The notes beneath the pieces were generated by a model. That model saw only the letters and a program-made list of their open reading frames with translations. It did not search any database and was not told the DNA's origin. A DNA stretch of 55,599 nt, filler included, from Thermodesulfobacteriota bacterium (GTDB taxonomy: Bacteria; DASVDK01): assembly GCA_036381125.1 (NCBI GenBank). It is 3 parts of 3 records of this genome, joined end to end, with 100 filler letters (N's around TTAATTAATTAA, not from the genome) between each part and the next. Parts side by side here need not be neighbours in the genome. Positions count along the whole stretch, not along the records: positions 39,228 to 55,599 come from DASVDK010000381.1; 2 more parts are not named here. One strand, 5' to 3'. The translations under genes and the position numbers were made by a program. Positions within the stretch are counted from its first letter, which is position 1. Each line of letters begins with the position of its first letter. Of this stretch, positions 40,359-49,873 are shown piece by piece.

Positions 40359-41468
40359 TCAGGCCCTCGCCACGACCGCCACCGGGCCGCCCCCGGCCGG
40401 GCCCTGGTGCTCCGATCCTCCGGATACGTAGACCATCGGGTCACCGACGATCGAGGCGACGACGGCGCCGACCACCGCCCGCGCGTGCCGCGTGTTGTTG
40501 ATGTCGGAGTCGTTCAGCATCGTGTGCCGGCGTCCCCGGACGTAGCCGCTCGGATCGGCCTCCGCCTTGGCGAAGACGTTCACGATCCGCGCCGCGTCGT
40601 CCGGGTGCACGGTCCCCTCGACGCGCAGGCCGGCCTCGCGGAGCGCCTGCCGTACGGCGTCGCCGTCGATCGCGTCCCTCATGACGGCGTGGCTGACCGT
40701 GAGGTCGCTCGAGGAGGCCTCCGAGTTCCCCATGAGGATGATCTCGCAGTTCATCAGCTCCACGCCGGCCGACGTGGACGCGACGCCGGAGTAGAGCCCC
40801 CAGTCCTTGCAGATCACCTCGTCCGACAGCTTCGCCTCGGCGATCTCACCGAGCGCGAGCCCCACGCCGAGGGCCGAGGCCCCGCGCGAGAACCCCATGG
40901 ACTCGTAGGTATCGGTCGTCGCCACCGTCCCGCCCCGGCGGTGGGCCTCCTCGATCCGCTCCGACGTGAGGAGCGGGCACTTGATCTGCACGAAGTGCAC
41001 GTCGCCGGGCGAATCGACCTCCGCGTCGCGCATCGCCTCCCTGACCGTCCTCGCCACCTCGAGCACCTGCGGCATCCGGCCGATCTCCTCGGGCCTGAAC
41101 AGGCGGGTGTGCGCGACGCCGATCGCGAGCCGCTTGCCGCGCCCCCTCGCTCCGCCGCCCGCGTCCTTCCTCCGCGCGAAGACGGTGGCGTGCGGGCTCA
41201 GGACCCCCTCGGTCCCGCCGGACATGACGAACGCGACCCGCCGCGCCACCTCGTCGCGGGACACCCCGAGGACCTCCGAGAGGAACACCTGGAACGCGAG
41301 GACGGCGTAGCCCCGGGTGAAGTCGTTCACGCAGCCGTTGCCTTCCGTCTTGGCGAGGATCGCGACGATCTCGTCGGCCCTGACGTCGCCGCGGTCGAGG
41401 AGCGCCTTGAGGGTCGAGACGTCGCCCGGCCCGGCCATCGGGATCCTCGCGACCTGAACTGTCGTCAT
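40359..41468 (-). CDS. atzD: Cyanuric acid amidohydrolase / barbiturase family ring-opening amidohydrolase
   Basis: Motifs [55 protein letters not shown] and [15 protein letters not shown]. Start MTTVQ overlaps the upstream stop. Confidence 0.93.
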   Translation of the reverse strand: MTTVQVARIPMAGPGDVSTLKALLDRGDVRADEIVAILAKTEGNGCVNDFTRGYAVLAFQVFLSEVLGVSRDEVARRVAFVMSGGTEGVLSPHATVFARRKDAGGGARGRGKRLAIGVAHTRLFRPEEIGRMPQVLEVARTVREAMRDAEVDSPGDVHFVQIKCPLLTSERIEEAHRRGGTVATTDTYESMGFSRGASALGVGLALGEIAEAKLSDEVICKDWGLYSGVASTSAGVELMNCEIILMGNSEASSSDLTVSHAVMRDAIDGDAVRQALREAGLRVEGTVHPDDAARIVNVFAKAEADPSGYVRGRRHTMLNDSDINNTRHARAVVGAVVASIVGDPMVYVSGGSEHQGPAGGGPVAVVARA

Positions 41469-42925
41469 CGCTTCTGCTCCTCGGCAAGCCGGTCCGCGCC
41501 GACCGCGTCGGCGAGCGCCAGCATCGCCTCCTCGAAACAGGACATCGGGGCTCGCACGATGCCGGCCCCGATCTGCCCCACGCCCGCCTCCCGGTGCGCG
41601 ATTCCGGTGTTGATCACGGGCCTGATCCCCGTATCGACGACCGCGCGCAGGTCGATCCCGGTCGGGGTGCCGGAGAAGTCCAGCGGCGGCAGCGAGAACT
41701 TCGCGTTGCGGGCCAGGGTGATCTCGTACATCTCGCGCGTGTACGCCAGGGCGTCGTCGGGGGTGCCGCCGACGAACTGCACCATCGCGGGCGCGGCCCC
41801 CATGGCGAAGCCGCCGAACCCGGCGGTCTCGGTGATCGCGCTGTCGCCGAGGTCCGGGTTCGCGTCCGCCTCCGAGTAGCCGGAGAAGTAGAGCCCCTGC
41901 GGCGTCGGTGCCGGGGCCGTGAACCACCGGTCGCCGAGCCCGCTCACGCGGATGCCGAACTCGACGCCGTTGCGGGTCATCGCGGTCACGAGGCTGCTGC
42001 CCGCGACCCCGTGCGCCGCGTCGAGGCTTGCCTTGCAGGCGGCCATCGAGAGGTTCAGGAAGAAGTGGTTGTTGCCGTCCACGAAGGCGAGGACCTCCTC
42101 GACGTGGCCCGTGTCGAGGCCGGACCGCAGGAGCGCGGTCGCGAGGGTTCGGAAGAGCAAGGAGGTGGCGGCCACGTTCCGGTTGTGGACGTCGTCCCCC
42201 ATCTGGAGCGCCTGGGCCATGATCGGCGCGAGGCGCAGGCCGCCCTCGATCGTGGCGAGGGCCCGCTGCAGGGCCGGCGCGAGCCGGCGCTCGATCCACC
42301 GGAGCCGGTCGATCACTTCGGGGCCGTAGGCGCCGAACCGGAGCACCTTGCCGAGCCCCTCGTTCAGGTTGCTGTAGGCCGTGTTGCCGCTGGTCGTGTT
42401 GCGGACCACGAAGAGCGGCATCGACGGCGAGATGACCCCTGCCATGGGGCCGACGGCCGAGAAGTGGTGGCAGGCGTCGAAGCGGATCCCGCCGCTCGCC
42501 GCGAGCCGCTGGGCCTCCTCGACGGACGAGGCCCAGCCCTCGTAGAGGACCGCGCCGGTGACCGCGCCGCGCATGGGCCCGCACATCCGCTCCCACGCGA
42601 TGGGCGGCCCCGCATGGAGGATCGTCCGCCCGAGGTCGGGCCACACCTCGGCCGCCCGTCCGACGCCCACGAGCACCGGCTGCGCCTCGAGGAGGCGGCC
42701 GACGGCGTCGCGGTTGGCCGCGTCCACCCGCGAGCCGGCAGCGTCCGGGTCGTCGGGGTCGCCGGCGAGGAGCGCGAGCGTCCACGCCGTCCGCGGCTCC
42801 CCCTCGCCGGGCGGCCGCCAGTCCACGTGGTACACCGGCGCGCCGGCCGCGCGCACGGCGTCGGTGAACGCCTCCACGCCGATGTTGATGACCGAGGGTT
42901 CGCGTTCGAGCAGCCCGGCGCTCAT
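41465..42925 (-). CDS. DUF1116 protein (YahG/YlbE; oxamate carbamoyltransferase AllG family)
   Basis: Motifs [54 protein letters not shown] and INTGIAH...GQIGAG. Confidence 0.92.
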   Translation of the reverse strand: MSAGLLEREPSVINIGVEAFTDAVRAAGAPVYHVDWRPPGEGEPRTAWTLALLAGDPDDPDAAGSRVDAANRDAVGRLLEAQPVLVGVGRAAEVWPDLGRTILHAGPPIAWERMCGPMRGAVTGAVLYEGWASSVEEAQRLAASGGIRFDACHHFSAVGPMAGVISPSMPLFVVRNTTSGNTAYSNLNEGLGKVLRFGAYGPEVIDRLRWIERRLAPALQRALATIEGGLRLAPIMAQALQMGDDVHNRNVAATSLLFRTLATALLRSGLDTGHVEEVLAFVDGNNHFFLNLSMAACKASLDAAHGVAGSSLVTAMTRNGVEFGIRVSGLGDRWFTAPAPTPQGLYFSGYSEADANPDLGDSAITETAGFGGFAMGAAPAMVQFVGGTPDDALAYTREMYEITLARNAKFSLPPLDFSGTPTGIDLRAVVDTGIRPVINTGIAHREAGVGQIGAGIVRAPMSCFEEAMLALADAVGADRLAEEQKR

Positions 42926-44502
42926 CGTCCCGCCTCCCCGGGGCCGGCGCCCCGTGTCGCAATGGCGACCGCCGCCCGGGCCGCGGCGGCGTTGCTCGGC
43001 AGGAGGAGGACTCCGGCTTCGCGCAGGCGCGCCTCCTGCGCGGAGAGCCGCTGCGGGTCCCCCTCGGTGCCGCAGACCGACGCCACGACGGAGAGGTGGC
43101 GCCCTTCCCGCTCCGCGAGCGCCCGCGCCTCGCGCACCGCCGGGACCAGCGCGCCGGCGGGATCGGGGTGCGCGCCGTAGCCGAGCACGACGTCGAGCAG
43201 GACGACGGCGGTGGCCGGATCGCGCGCCTCGCGGCGCAGGCGTTCCACGCGGTACCGGAAGTCGATCATCGGGTGCGGCCGGCCGACCGTGAACTCGTCG
43301 GTCCCCATGTCGACGGCCGTGTGCTCCCGGCTCTCGTCGGGGTCGCCGAGCCGCCGCGCCGCGTCGAGCGGGACGTTGGAGTAGGCGTCGATACCCCGCT
43401 CGCGCCAGACGACCTGCGCCTCGGTGCAGAGGGTCCCGCCGGAGAAGAGGCCGCGGATGTAGCGCTGACCCCGGCCGAGCCGGGCAGCCTCCGCCCGCAC
43501 GCGTTCGGCGTCTGGCAGGGGCGCGGCCTCGCCCGGCCCCGGCGCCTCGCCCCGTGCCAGGGCGACGCCGGCCGCCGCCGCGTCCTCGAGCGTCACGGCC
43601 GGCACGGCGCCCGCCCGTCGCACGGGCTCCGGGTCGCCCCCGAGGAACAGGACCACGACCGGCTTCTCGCAGGTCCCGACCAGGCCCAGCATCTTCGCGG
43701 CCACGGCGGGGGCCGGCGGCTTGGAGACGAGGACGATCACGCGCGTCGCCGGGTCGGCCCGCAGCGCCTCGAAGCCCTGCTGCATGGTCGCCCCGCCGAC
43801 CGGCGCCGAGACGTCGTTGCTCCCCGTGCCGATGCCGTGCGAGATGCCCTCGCCCTGCCGGTCGATCAGGCAGCTCACCTCCTGCAGGCCGGTGCCGGCC
43901 GCGGCCACGAGGCCGACGCCGCCGCGCCTGACGACGTTGGCGAAGCCGAGCGGGACCCCGCCGATGATGGCCGTCCCGCAGTCGGGCCCCATGACGAGGA
44001 GCCCCTTGCGCCGGGCGAGGGCCTTGAGGTGCACCTCCTGCTCGACCGGGACGTTGTTGCTGAAGAGGAACACGTGCAGCCCGCGGCGGAGCGCCTTGAG
44101 CGCCTCGGCGCCGGCGTACGCCCCGGGCGTCGAGACGAGGACCAGGTTCGCGTCGGCCAGGCGCCGCAGCGCCGTTGCCAGCGCCCGCGCGGGCCGCTCC
44201 TCAGGCGCCGCGCCGCCGCGGGGGGCCTCCTCGCCCGCGAGCATCGCCTCGACGCGTCCCGACGCGTCCGCGAGCGCCTGTTCGGACTCTCCCTCGAGGA
44301 CCACGACGAGGTCGTCGGGGCCGGCCGCCTGCGCGTCGGCGGTAAGCTGTCCGGCCTCCTCGAGGATCGCCTTGTTCGCCGCCGTGCCCATCACCAGCGC
44401 CGCGCGGCGCACGCCCGCGAGCGCGGCGGCCGCCTCGGAGATCCGCATGAGGGCCACCGAGTCCTTGTAGAGGCCCGGCTTCACGATGGTCGTCACCGGC
44501 AT
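42922..44502 (-). CDS. fdrA: FdrA/YahF acyl-CoA synthetase-like protein (AllF family)
   Basis: Motifs [51 protein letters not shown] and [21 protein letters not shown] before ATG 44502. Confidence 0.93.
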   Translation of the reverse strand: MPVTTIVKPGLYKDSVALMRISEAAAALAGVRRAALVMGTAANKAILEEAGQLTADAQAAGPDDLVVVLEGESEQALADASGRVEAMLAGEEAPRGGAAPEERPARALATALRRLADANLVLVSTPGAYAGAEALKALRRGLHVFLFSNNVPVEQEVHLKALARRKGLLVMGPDCGTAIIGGVPLGFANVVRRGGVGLVAAAGTGLQEVSCLIDRQGEGISHGIGTGSNDVSAPVGGATMQQGFEALRADPATRVIVLVSKPPAPAVAAKMLGLVGTCEKPVVVLFLGGDPEPVRRAGAVPAVTLEDAAAAGVALARGEAPGPGEAAPLPDAERVRAEAARLGRGQRYIRGLFSGGTLCTEAQVVWRERGIDAYSNVPLDAARRLGDPDESREHTAVDMGTDEFTVGRPHPMIDFRYRVERLRREARDPATAVVLLDVVLGYGAHPDPAGALVPAVREARALAEREGRHLSVVASVCGTEGDPQRLSAQEARLREAGVLLLPSNAAAARAAVAIATRGAGPGEAGR

Positions 44503-44548
44503 CGGCACGTCTCCTTTCGCCGCGGTCGGCCGGCTGCCCCGCGGCCCC

Positions 44549-45874
44549 TCATCGGATGGCCGTCACGATGGCGGCGAGGACGATCGTCACGACGAGGGCC
44601 GCCGGCATGTATGGAAGGTTGTTCCGGATGACGCGCACGATCTCCGTCTGGAATCCGTGTGCCGTGGCGGCGACGTTGATCTGCACCGGGCTGATCATGG
44701 CCCCCTGGGCGACCGCGATGCCGACGAAGCCGAAGGCCCACACCGGCACGCCGACCGCGGCAAGGACCGGGATGACGAGGGCGTCGATCGCCACGGTGTA
44801 GGCCGCCGACGGGATCGCGATGAGGAACGCCGCGACCAGGGCCACCGCGGTGACGATGCGGAGCGGGGCGAGGCCGACGAACCCGGCGATCGTCGAGAAG
44901 GTGCCGATCTCCGCGAGGAGGTTGATGAAGCCGAGGAAGAGGCCCACCAGGAACAGGTACCGGAGGATCGTGAGGCCGCCGTCGATGAACATCTCCCCGA
45001 TGCGGTTCGGGCTCAGCTTGAGGGCGACCGCGGCAACCGCGAGGACCCAGAGCGGGGTGAGCGCCGGCGAGAAGATCGGCTTGCCGACGAGCCGGTTGAC
45101 GAACGGCCCGAGGAGGATGATCGCCAGCAGCACGAAGAACGGCGACGAGCGCCGCCAGGGCCCTCCCACGACCTCCGGCGGCTCGGCCTGCGCCTCGGCG
45201 ACCGCCGCCTTGAGCCCGGCGGGAACGGCCTCGGCGGGTGCGGCGCTCGGGAGGAGGGGCTCGATCGTGCCCGCCAGCCGCCGGCGGCGGACCCCCCACC
45301 AGGCGAGCACCACGCCGATCAGCCAGAATGCGATGGTGTACGGCCGCATGAAGGCCGCGTAGTCGACCGGGCTGAGCTGCATCTGCTGCGAGATGTACGC
45401 GCTCTCGGCCGAGGCCGGCGACGTGGCCCACGACGCGCCGGACACGATGGACATCCCGGCGACGAGCTGCGGGACGAAGCCGACGACGGTGGCGACCAGG
45501 GGGGCGGTCACGAGCGTGTTGGCCGCGCCGATCCCCGCGACGTACGTCGCGAGCGCCTGCACGAGCGTCATCGCCCCTGCCACGAGTTCGAGCCTGTCGC
45601 CGAAGCGCCGCTGGATCAGCTCGAGGATGGCGCGGGTCGAACCCGCCTTCGCGAGGACCATGGCCGTCGCGGCGAACATCAGGACGGACGTGATCCCGAG
45701 GATCTGCGTGACCCCCTTGAGGAACAGCTCGGTGACCGTGGCCAGGTCGAGGCCGCCGATGATCACGGCCGCGGCCCCTCCCACGAGCCCGGCGACGAGG
45801 ATGTGCGCTCTGAAGGGGGGGAGAAGCATGAGGAGGATCAGGATCAGCGGCAAAACCTTGAGGAACTCTTCCAT
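44549..45874 (-). CDS. Secondary transporter (IT superfamily; CitMHS/GntP-like)
   Basis: About 12 hydrophobic segments with internal duplication (WATSP / AMISP); GAGGGAG RBS; first gene of the operon. Confidence 0.75.
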   Translation of the reverse strand: MEEFLKVLPLILILLMLLPPFRAHILVAGLVGGAAAVIIGGLDLATVTELFLKGVTQILGITSVLMFAATAMVLAKAGSTRAILELIQRRFGDRLELVAGAMTLVQALATYVAGIGAANTLVTAPLVATVVGFVPQLVAGMSIVSGASWATSPASAESAYISQQMQLSPVDYAAFMRPYTIAFWLIGVVLAWWGVRRRRLAGTIEPLLPSAAPAEAVPAGLKAAVAEAQAEPPEVVGGPWRRSSPFFVLLAIILLGPFVNRLVGKPIFSPALTPLWVLAVAAVALKLSPNRIGEMFIDGGLTILRYLFLVGLFLGFINLLAEIGTFSTIAGFVGLAPLRIVTAVALVAAFLIAIPSAAYTVAIDALVIPVLAAVGVPVWAFGFVGIAVAQGAMISPVQINVAATAHGFQTEIVRVIRNNLPYMPAALVVTIVLAAIVTAIR

Positions 45875-45980
45875 CAGGCGTTCTCCCTCGGATGCTCCGG
45901 ATCGCTCGCAGAGCCGTGGAGCCCGATCGTCCCCACGGCGTGAGCCCGCGCCGGATTCCTGGCGATTCGAGTGGCCGTCG

Positions 45981-45996
45981 TGCAACGCCGGTGCCA
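45981..45996 (-). promoter_or_regulatory. Sigma54 (-24/-12) promoter of the transporter-fdrA-atzD operon
   Basis: Minus strand TGGCACCGGCGTTGCA matches TGGCAC-N5-TTGCA, about 105 nt upstream of ATG 45874. Confidence 0.8.
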
Positions 45997-46224
45997 CCGT
46001 TCCGTGCCCGGAAGAGGCCCGTCCTGCGTGGGAGAATCGTCTCGGGCCGAGACAGCGCCGCCCCAGACGGGACGGCCATGCCTCACCGGAAGTCGGCTGC
46101 CGAGCGGCGCCCCGCTCCGGGGTCCGGCGCATCCAGCCGGTGGTACGGGACGCGCTGGCGTACCGCGACGAGGCGACACCGGGGCCGGACGCGCAGCGGC
46201 TCGATCCAGCAAGGGGCTGAGGAG

Positions 46225-47196
46225 GTGGGCTCGCGCCAGATCGCCGTCCATCGGATCAGTACGGAGGCAACGGAGCGTCTCCGGTCATCGGCCGGCCGGA
46301 TCGGAACCGTGCACTCGGCCTACGCGCGAACGATCAACCTCGAGATCGCGGGTGGCCGCCTCGTCAGCCTCCACGGCCCGGGGCCCGTCCTGTCGCCCTT
46401 CGGCCTCGAGTGCGCGGAGAGGCTCCCCTTCTCCGCCGCCTCGACCGGACGGGCGGTGTGGAGCGACGGCCGTGCCCTGTGGGTGGAGGGCTCGGACGCG
46501 CGGCTCGGGCTCCACGGCGCCGCGCGGTGGGACCCGGCCCTGCCGACGAGCCGCCGCGCCGACGCGGACGCGGCCGCGTCGCGCCTCCGGGCGATTGCGT
46601 CGGCCGCGCGGGACGACCCGGGTGCCGCGGGGCGCGGCCTGCTGCCGCTCCTGCCAAGGCTCCTCGGCCTCGAGACATGCGCGGCCGCCGGCACCCCCCC
46701 GTGGTCGCCCGTGTGCGAGCGTGCTCTCCCGGCGCTCGAGCGGCTGATCGAGGGCGGGCGGACGGGCACGGTGTCGGCGCTCCTCGACGCCGCGGAGACG
46801 CTGCTCGGCCTCGGTCCGGGACTCACCCCGTCGGGCGACGATGCGCTCGTCGGCTACGTCGCGGCGCTCTGGACCGCGGGGCCGTCGGGGCGCGCCCTCG
46901 TGCGCGACGTCGCCGCGCCCCTCGCCGAGCTTGCCGCCGCGAGAACCACCAGGCTGAGCCGGGAGATCCTCGGCTGCGCCGCGCGCGGTCTGGCCGCCGA
47001 ACCGCTGGGGCGCCTCGCCCGCCGCGGCGACGTGGCGTCGGTGGCGGGGCTCCTGGCCTGCGGGGCGACCTCGGGGGGCGACTGCCTCGTCGGCTGGGCG
47101 GCCGGCCTCCAGGCGTCGCCCGCCCGAGGCGCCGTCACCTCGCGCCGGTCCACGCGATGCACCGGCACGCGCCGGGACTCCCGCGATGGTCCCTGA
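46225..47196 (+). CDS. DUF2877 protein (YahE/YlbF; AllH family)
   Basis: Motifs G.VHSAY.RTINL, LLGLGPGLTPSGDD.LVG, TTRLS and GATSG.D. GTG start uncertain. Confidence 0.85.
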   Translation: MGSRQIAVHRISTEATERLRSSAGRIGTVHSAYARTINLEIAGGRLVSLHGPGPVLSPFGLECAERLPFSAASTGRAVWSDGRALWVEGSDARLGLHGAARWDPALPTSRRADADAAASRLRAIASAARDDPGAAGRGLLPLLPRLLGLETCAAAGTPPWSPVCERALPALERLIEGGRTGTVSALLDAAETLLGLGPGLTPSGDDALVGYVAALWTAGPSGRALVRDVAAPLAELAAARTTRLSREILGCAARGLAAEPLGRLARRGDVASVAGLLACGATSGGDCLVGWAAGLQASPARGAVTSRRSTRCTGTRRDSRDGP

Positions 47197-47210
47197 CAGG
47201 AGGGCGCGTC

Positions 47211-48437
47211 ATGCGGTGGGGACGGCTGGCAGGCGGGCTGGCGGTGGCCGGGGTGGCCGGCTGGTACGCACGCACGGGACGGTATGCGAGCGTTCGGTGG
47301 GATCACCCGGGCCGACCGCCCTACGACGAGTCCCGCGGCGTGCGAGCGGGCGACCTGGAGGTGGTGCACGAGTTCCAGGGCGCCATGCCGACCGGGGTCA
47401 CGGTGTCGCGCCAGGGGCGGGTCTTCGTGAACTACCCCCGCTGGGAGGACCCGGTCGACTTCACCGTGGCGGAGCTTCGCGAGGGGCGCGAGGAGCCCTT
47501 CCCCGACGCGGCGAGCCAGGGCGACGCCTCGCCCGACCAGCTCTTCTCGGTGCAGAGCGTCGTCGTCGACCCGGCCGATCGGCTCTGGGCGCTCGACACC
47601 GGCACCGTCGACCAGGCCCTCCGTGGGCGCGAGTGGGCCAAGCTCGTCGGCATCGACCTGGCCACCAACCGGATCGTCAAGACGATCCGCTTCCCGCCGG
47701 AGGTGGTGCACGGAGCGACCTACCTCAACGACGTCCGCTTCGACCTGCGCCGCGGCGACGAGGGCATGGCCTTCATCACCGACTCGTCGTCGTCCGGGCC
47801 GAACGGCCTCATCGTCGTCGACCTCGCCTCCGGGCGGAGCTGGCGGAAGCTGAACGACCACCCCTCGGTGCGGCCGGACCCGGCGTTCTTCGCCGTGCTC
47901 GACGGCGGCCCCCTGCTGCTGCGCCCGAAGGATCGATTCCTGCCGAAGCGGGCCAGGACCGGCTCGGACGGGATCGCCATCGCGGCCGGCGGCACACGGC
48001 TCTTCTACTGCCCGCTCTCGAGCCGCAGCCTGTACAGCGTGAGCGTCGACGCCCTGGCCGACGAGGGCGCCTCCGACGCCGACGTGGCGCGGACGATCGA
48101 GCGCGAGGACCGGCGCTTCGCCTCCGACGGGCTCGAGGCCGACCTGCAGGGCCGGATCTACCTCACCGACTGGGAGCACAACGCGATCGTCGTGCGGACG
48201 CCCGAGGGGCGGTACGAGACGCTCGTGTGGGACCCGCGCCTCTGGTGGCCCGACACGCTCAGCCTCTCGGACGACGGCTACCTGTACGTCACCGCGAACC
48301 AGCTCCATCGCCAGGCGAAGTTCCACCGGGGCCGGGACCTCAGGCGGCGCCCCTTCCACCTCTTCCGCCTGCCGGTGAACGCCACGCCGGTGCGCCTCTC
48401 ACGCGAGGCGCCGCGCGCCGCGGCCGGAGGCACCTAG
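47211..48437 (+). CDS. Major royal jelly protein / Yellow family beta-propeller
   Basis: Motifs MPTGVTVS..GRVFVNYPRW, SVQSVVVD..DRLWALDTG, YLNDVRFD, GSDGIA and WPDTLS; AGGAGG RBS. Confidence 0.88.
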   Translation: MRWGRLAGGLAVAGVAGWYARTGRYASVRWDHPGRPPYDESRGVRAGDLEVVHEFQGAMPTGVTVSRQGRVFVNYPRWEDPVDFTVAELREGREEPFPDAASQGDASPDQLFSVQSVVVDPADRLWALDTGTVDQALRGREWAKLVGIDLATNRIVKTIRFPPEVVHGATYLNDVRFDLRRGDEGMAFITDSSSSGPNGLIVVDLASGRSWRKLNDHPSVRPDPAFFAVLDGGPLLLRPKDRFLPKRARTGSDGIAIAAGGTRLFYCPLSSRSLYSVSVDALADEGASDADVARTIEREDRRFASDGLEADLQGRIYLTDWEHNAIVVRTPEGRYETLVWDPRLWWPDTLSLSDDGYLYVTANQLHRQAKFHRGRDLRRRPFHLFRLPVNATPVRLSREAPRAAAGGT

Positions 48438-48465
48438 GCCGCGCCGGCGGGCGCGGCCGCGAGGC

Positions 48466-48501
48466 TTGACGCGCGCGCCATATCGTAATATATAAAGTTA
48501 C
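48466..48501 (+). promoter_or_regulatory. Leaderless promoter with overlapping Rrf2 operator
   Basis: TTGACG-N17-TATATA, then 7 nt to the ATG. Palindrome GTAA-N9-TTAC (48485-48501) covers the -10. Confidence 0.7.
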
Positions 48502-48954
48502 ATGAAGCGAAGCGGCCGGTTCGCCGTCGCCTTGCACGTCCTCGTCCATCTGGCCGAGTCGCCGGACGAGCCCGCGACGTCCGAGCATCTGGCCCGGTGC
48601 GCGCGGACCAACCCGGTCGTCGTCCGCCGGACCATGGCCGGGCTGCGCGAGGCCGGGCTCGTGACGTCGGCGCGCGGTCCCGGCGGCGGCTGGAGGCTCG
48701 CGCGCGACGCCGGGTCCGTCACCCTACGCGATGTGTACGCGGCCCTGGGCGAGAGGCTGCTCTTCGCGACCGGGAAGGCGCCGGTGAACCCGGGCTGCGT
48801 GGTCGAGCACGCGCTCACGGGCGCGCTCGACGACTTCTTTCGCCGCGCCGAGGCGACGCTGGCGGAGCGCTTCGGTCGCATCACCCTGGCCGACCTGTCG
48901 GCCGATATCGGCCGCCTGACGGCGCAACGCCGCGGGCGCAGGAAGGGAACGTAG
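48502..48954 (+). CDS. Rrf2 family transcriptional regulator (non-Fe-S, YwnA/HypR-like)
   Basis: Motifs [39 protein letters not shown] and NPGC. Confidence 0.92.
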   Translation: MKRSGRFAVALHVLVHLAESPDEPATSEHLARCARTNPVVVRRTMAGLREAGLVTSARGPGGGWRLARDAGSVTLRDVYAALGERLLFATGKAPVNPGCVVEHALTGALDDFFRRAEATLAERFGRITLADLSADIGRLTAQRRGRRKGT

Positions 48955-48955
48955 C

Positions 48956-49861
48956 ATGTCGCACGACGCCATCGTCGTCGGAGGGAGCTTCGCCGGCCTC
49001 TCGGCCGCCATGCACCTCGCGCGCGCCCGTCGTCGGGTCCTCGTGATCGATGCCGGGCGGCCGCGCAACCGCTTCGCGCGAGCCTCGCACGGGTTCCTGG
49101 GGCAGGACGGCCGGGCTCCCGCCGCGATCATCGAGGACGCCCGGGCGCAGGTTCTGGCCTACCCGACGGCCCGGCTCGTCCGGGGCGAGGCCACCCACGC
49201 GACCCCGACGGGGGACGGCTTCGAGGTCGCGCTCGCCTCGGGAGAGCGCGTGACCGCCTCCCGCCTGATCCTCGCCACCGGCGTCGAGGACGAGCTGCCC
49301 GACGTGCCCGGGCTCAAGGAGCGCTGGGGCGCGAGCGTCCTCCACTGCCCCTACTGTCACGGCTACGAGGTCGCGGGCGGGCGGCTCGGCGTGCTGGCCA
49401 CGGGCGCGATGGCGCTGCACCAGGCCATGCTCGTCCCCGATTGGGGGGAGGTGACGCTGTTCACCAACGGCGCGATCGAGCTGGACGACGGCCGGCGCGC
49501 GGCGTTGCGGGCGCGCGGCGTACGGATCGAGGCCGAGCCGGTCGAGGCGCTCGTGGGGGACACGCCCGCGCTCGCGGGGGTCAGGCTGCGAGGCGGCCGG
49601 TTCGTGCCGCTCGACGCCCTCTTCACGGCGTCCCGCACCAGGATGGCGAGCCCGCTGGCCGAGCAGCTCGGTTGCGCCTTCGAGGAGGGCCCGTTCGGCC
49701 CCGTCATCCGCACCGACGAGTTCAAGGAGACGAGCGTGCCGGGCGTCTACGCGGCGGGCGATGCCGCGCGCGCCCGTCACAACGCCACCTACGCGTCGGC
49801 GGACGGGGTGACGGCGGGCATCTTCGCCCATCAATCCCTGATCGTGCCGAGGCCTGCCTGA
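48956..49861 (+). CDS. Thioredoxin reductase-like NAD(P)/FAD oxidoreductase
   Basis: Motifs VVGGSFAGLSAA, ILATGV.D, HCPYCHGYE and PGVYAAGD. Confidence 0.9.
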   Translation: MSHDAIVVGGSFAGLSAAMHLARARRRVLVIDAGRPRNRFARASHGFLGQDGRAPAAIIEDARAQVLAYPTARLVRGEATHATPTGDGFEVALASGERVTASRLILATGVEDELPDVPGLKERWGASVLHCPYCHGYEVAGGRLGVLATGAMALHQAMLVPDWGEVTLFTNGAIELDDGRRAALRARGVRIEAEPVEALVGDTPALAGVRLRGGRFVPLDALFTASRTRMASPLAEQLGCAFEEGPFGPVIRTDEFKETSVPGVYAAGDAARARHNATYASADGVTAGIFAHQSLIVPRPA

Positions 49862-49873
49862 GGCGTCCCTGCC

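Noticed and set aside
40359-42962. Apparent 867-aa AtzD with a long N-terminal extension
   Set aside because: The extension is an off-frame read-through of the DUF1116 gene; AtzD homology begins at ATG 41468.
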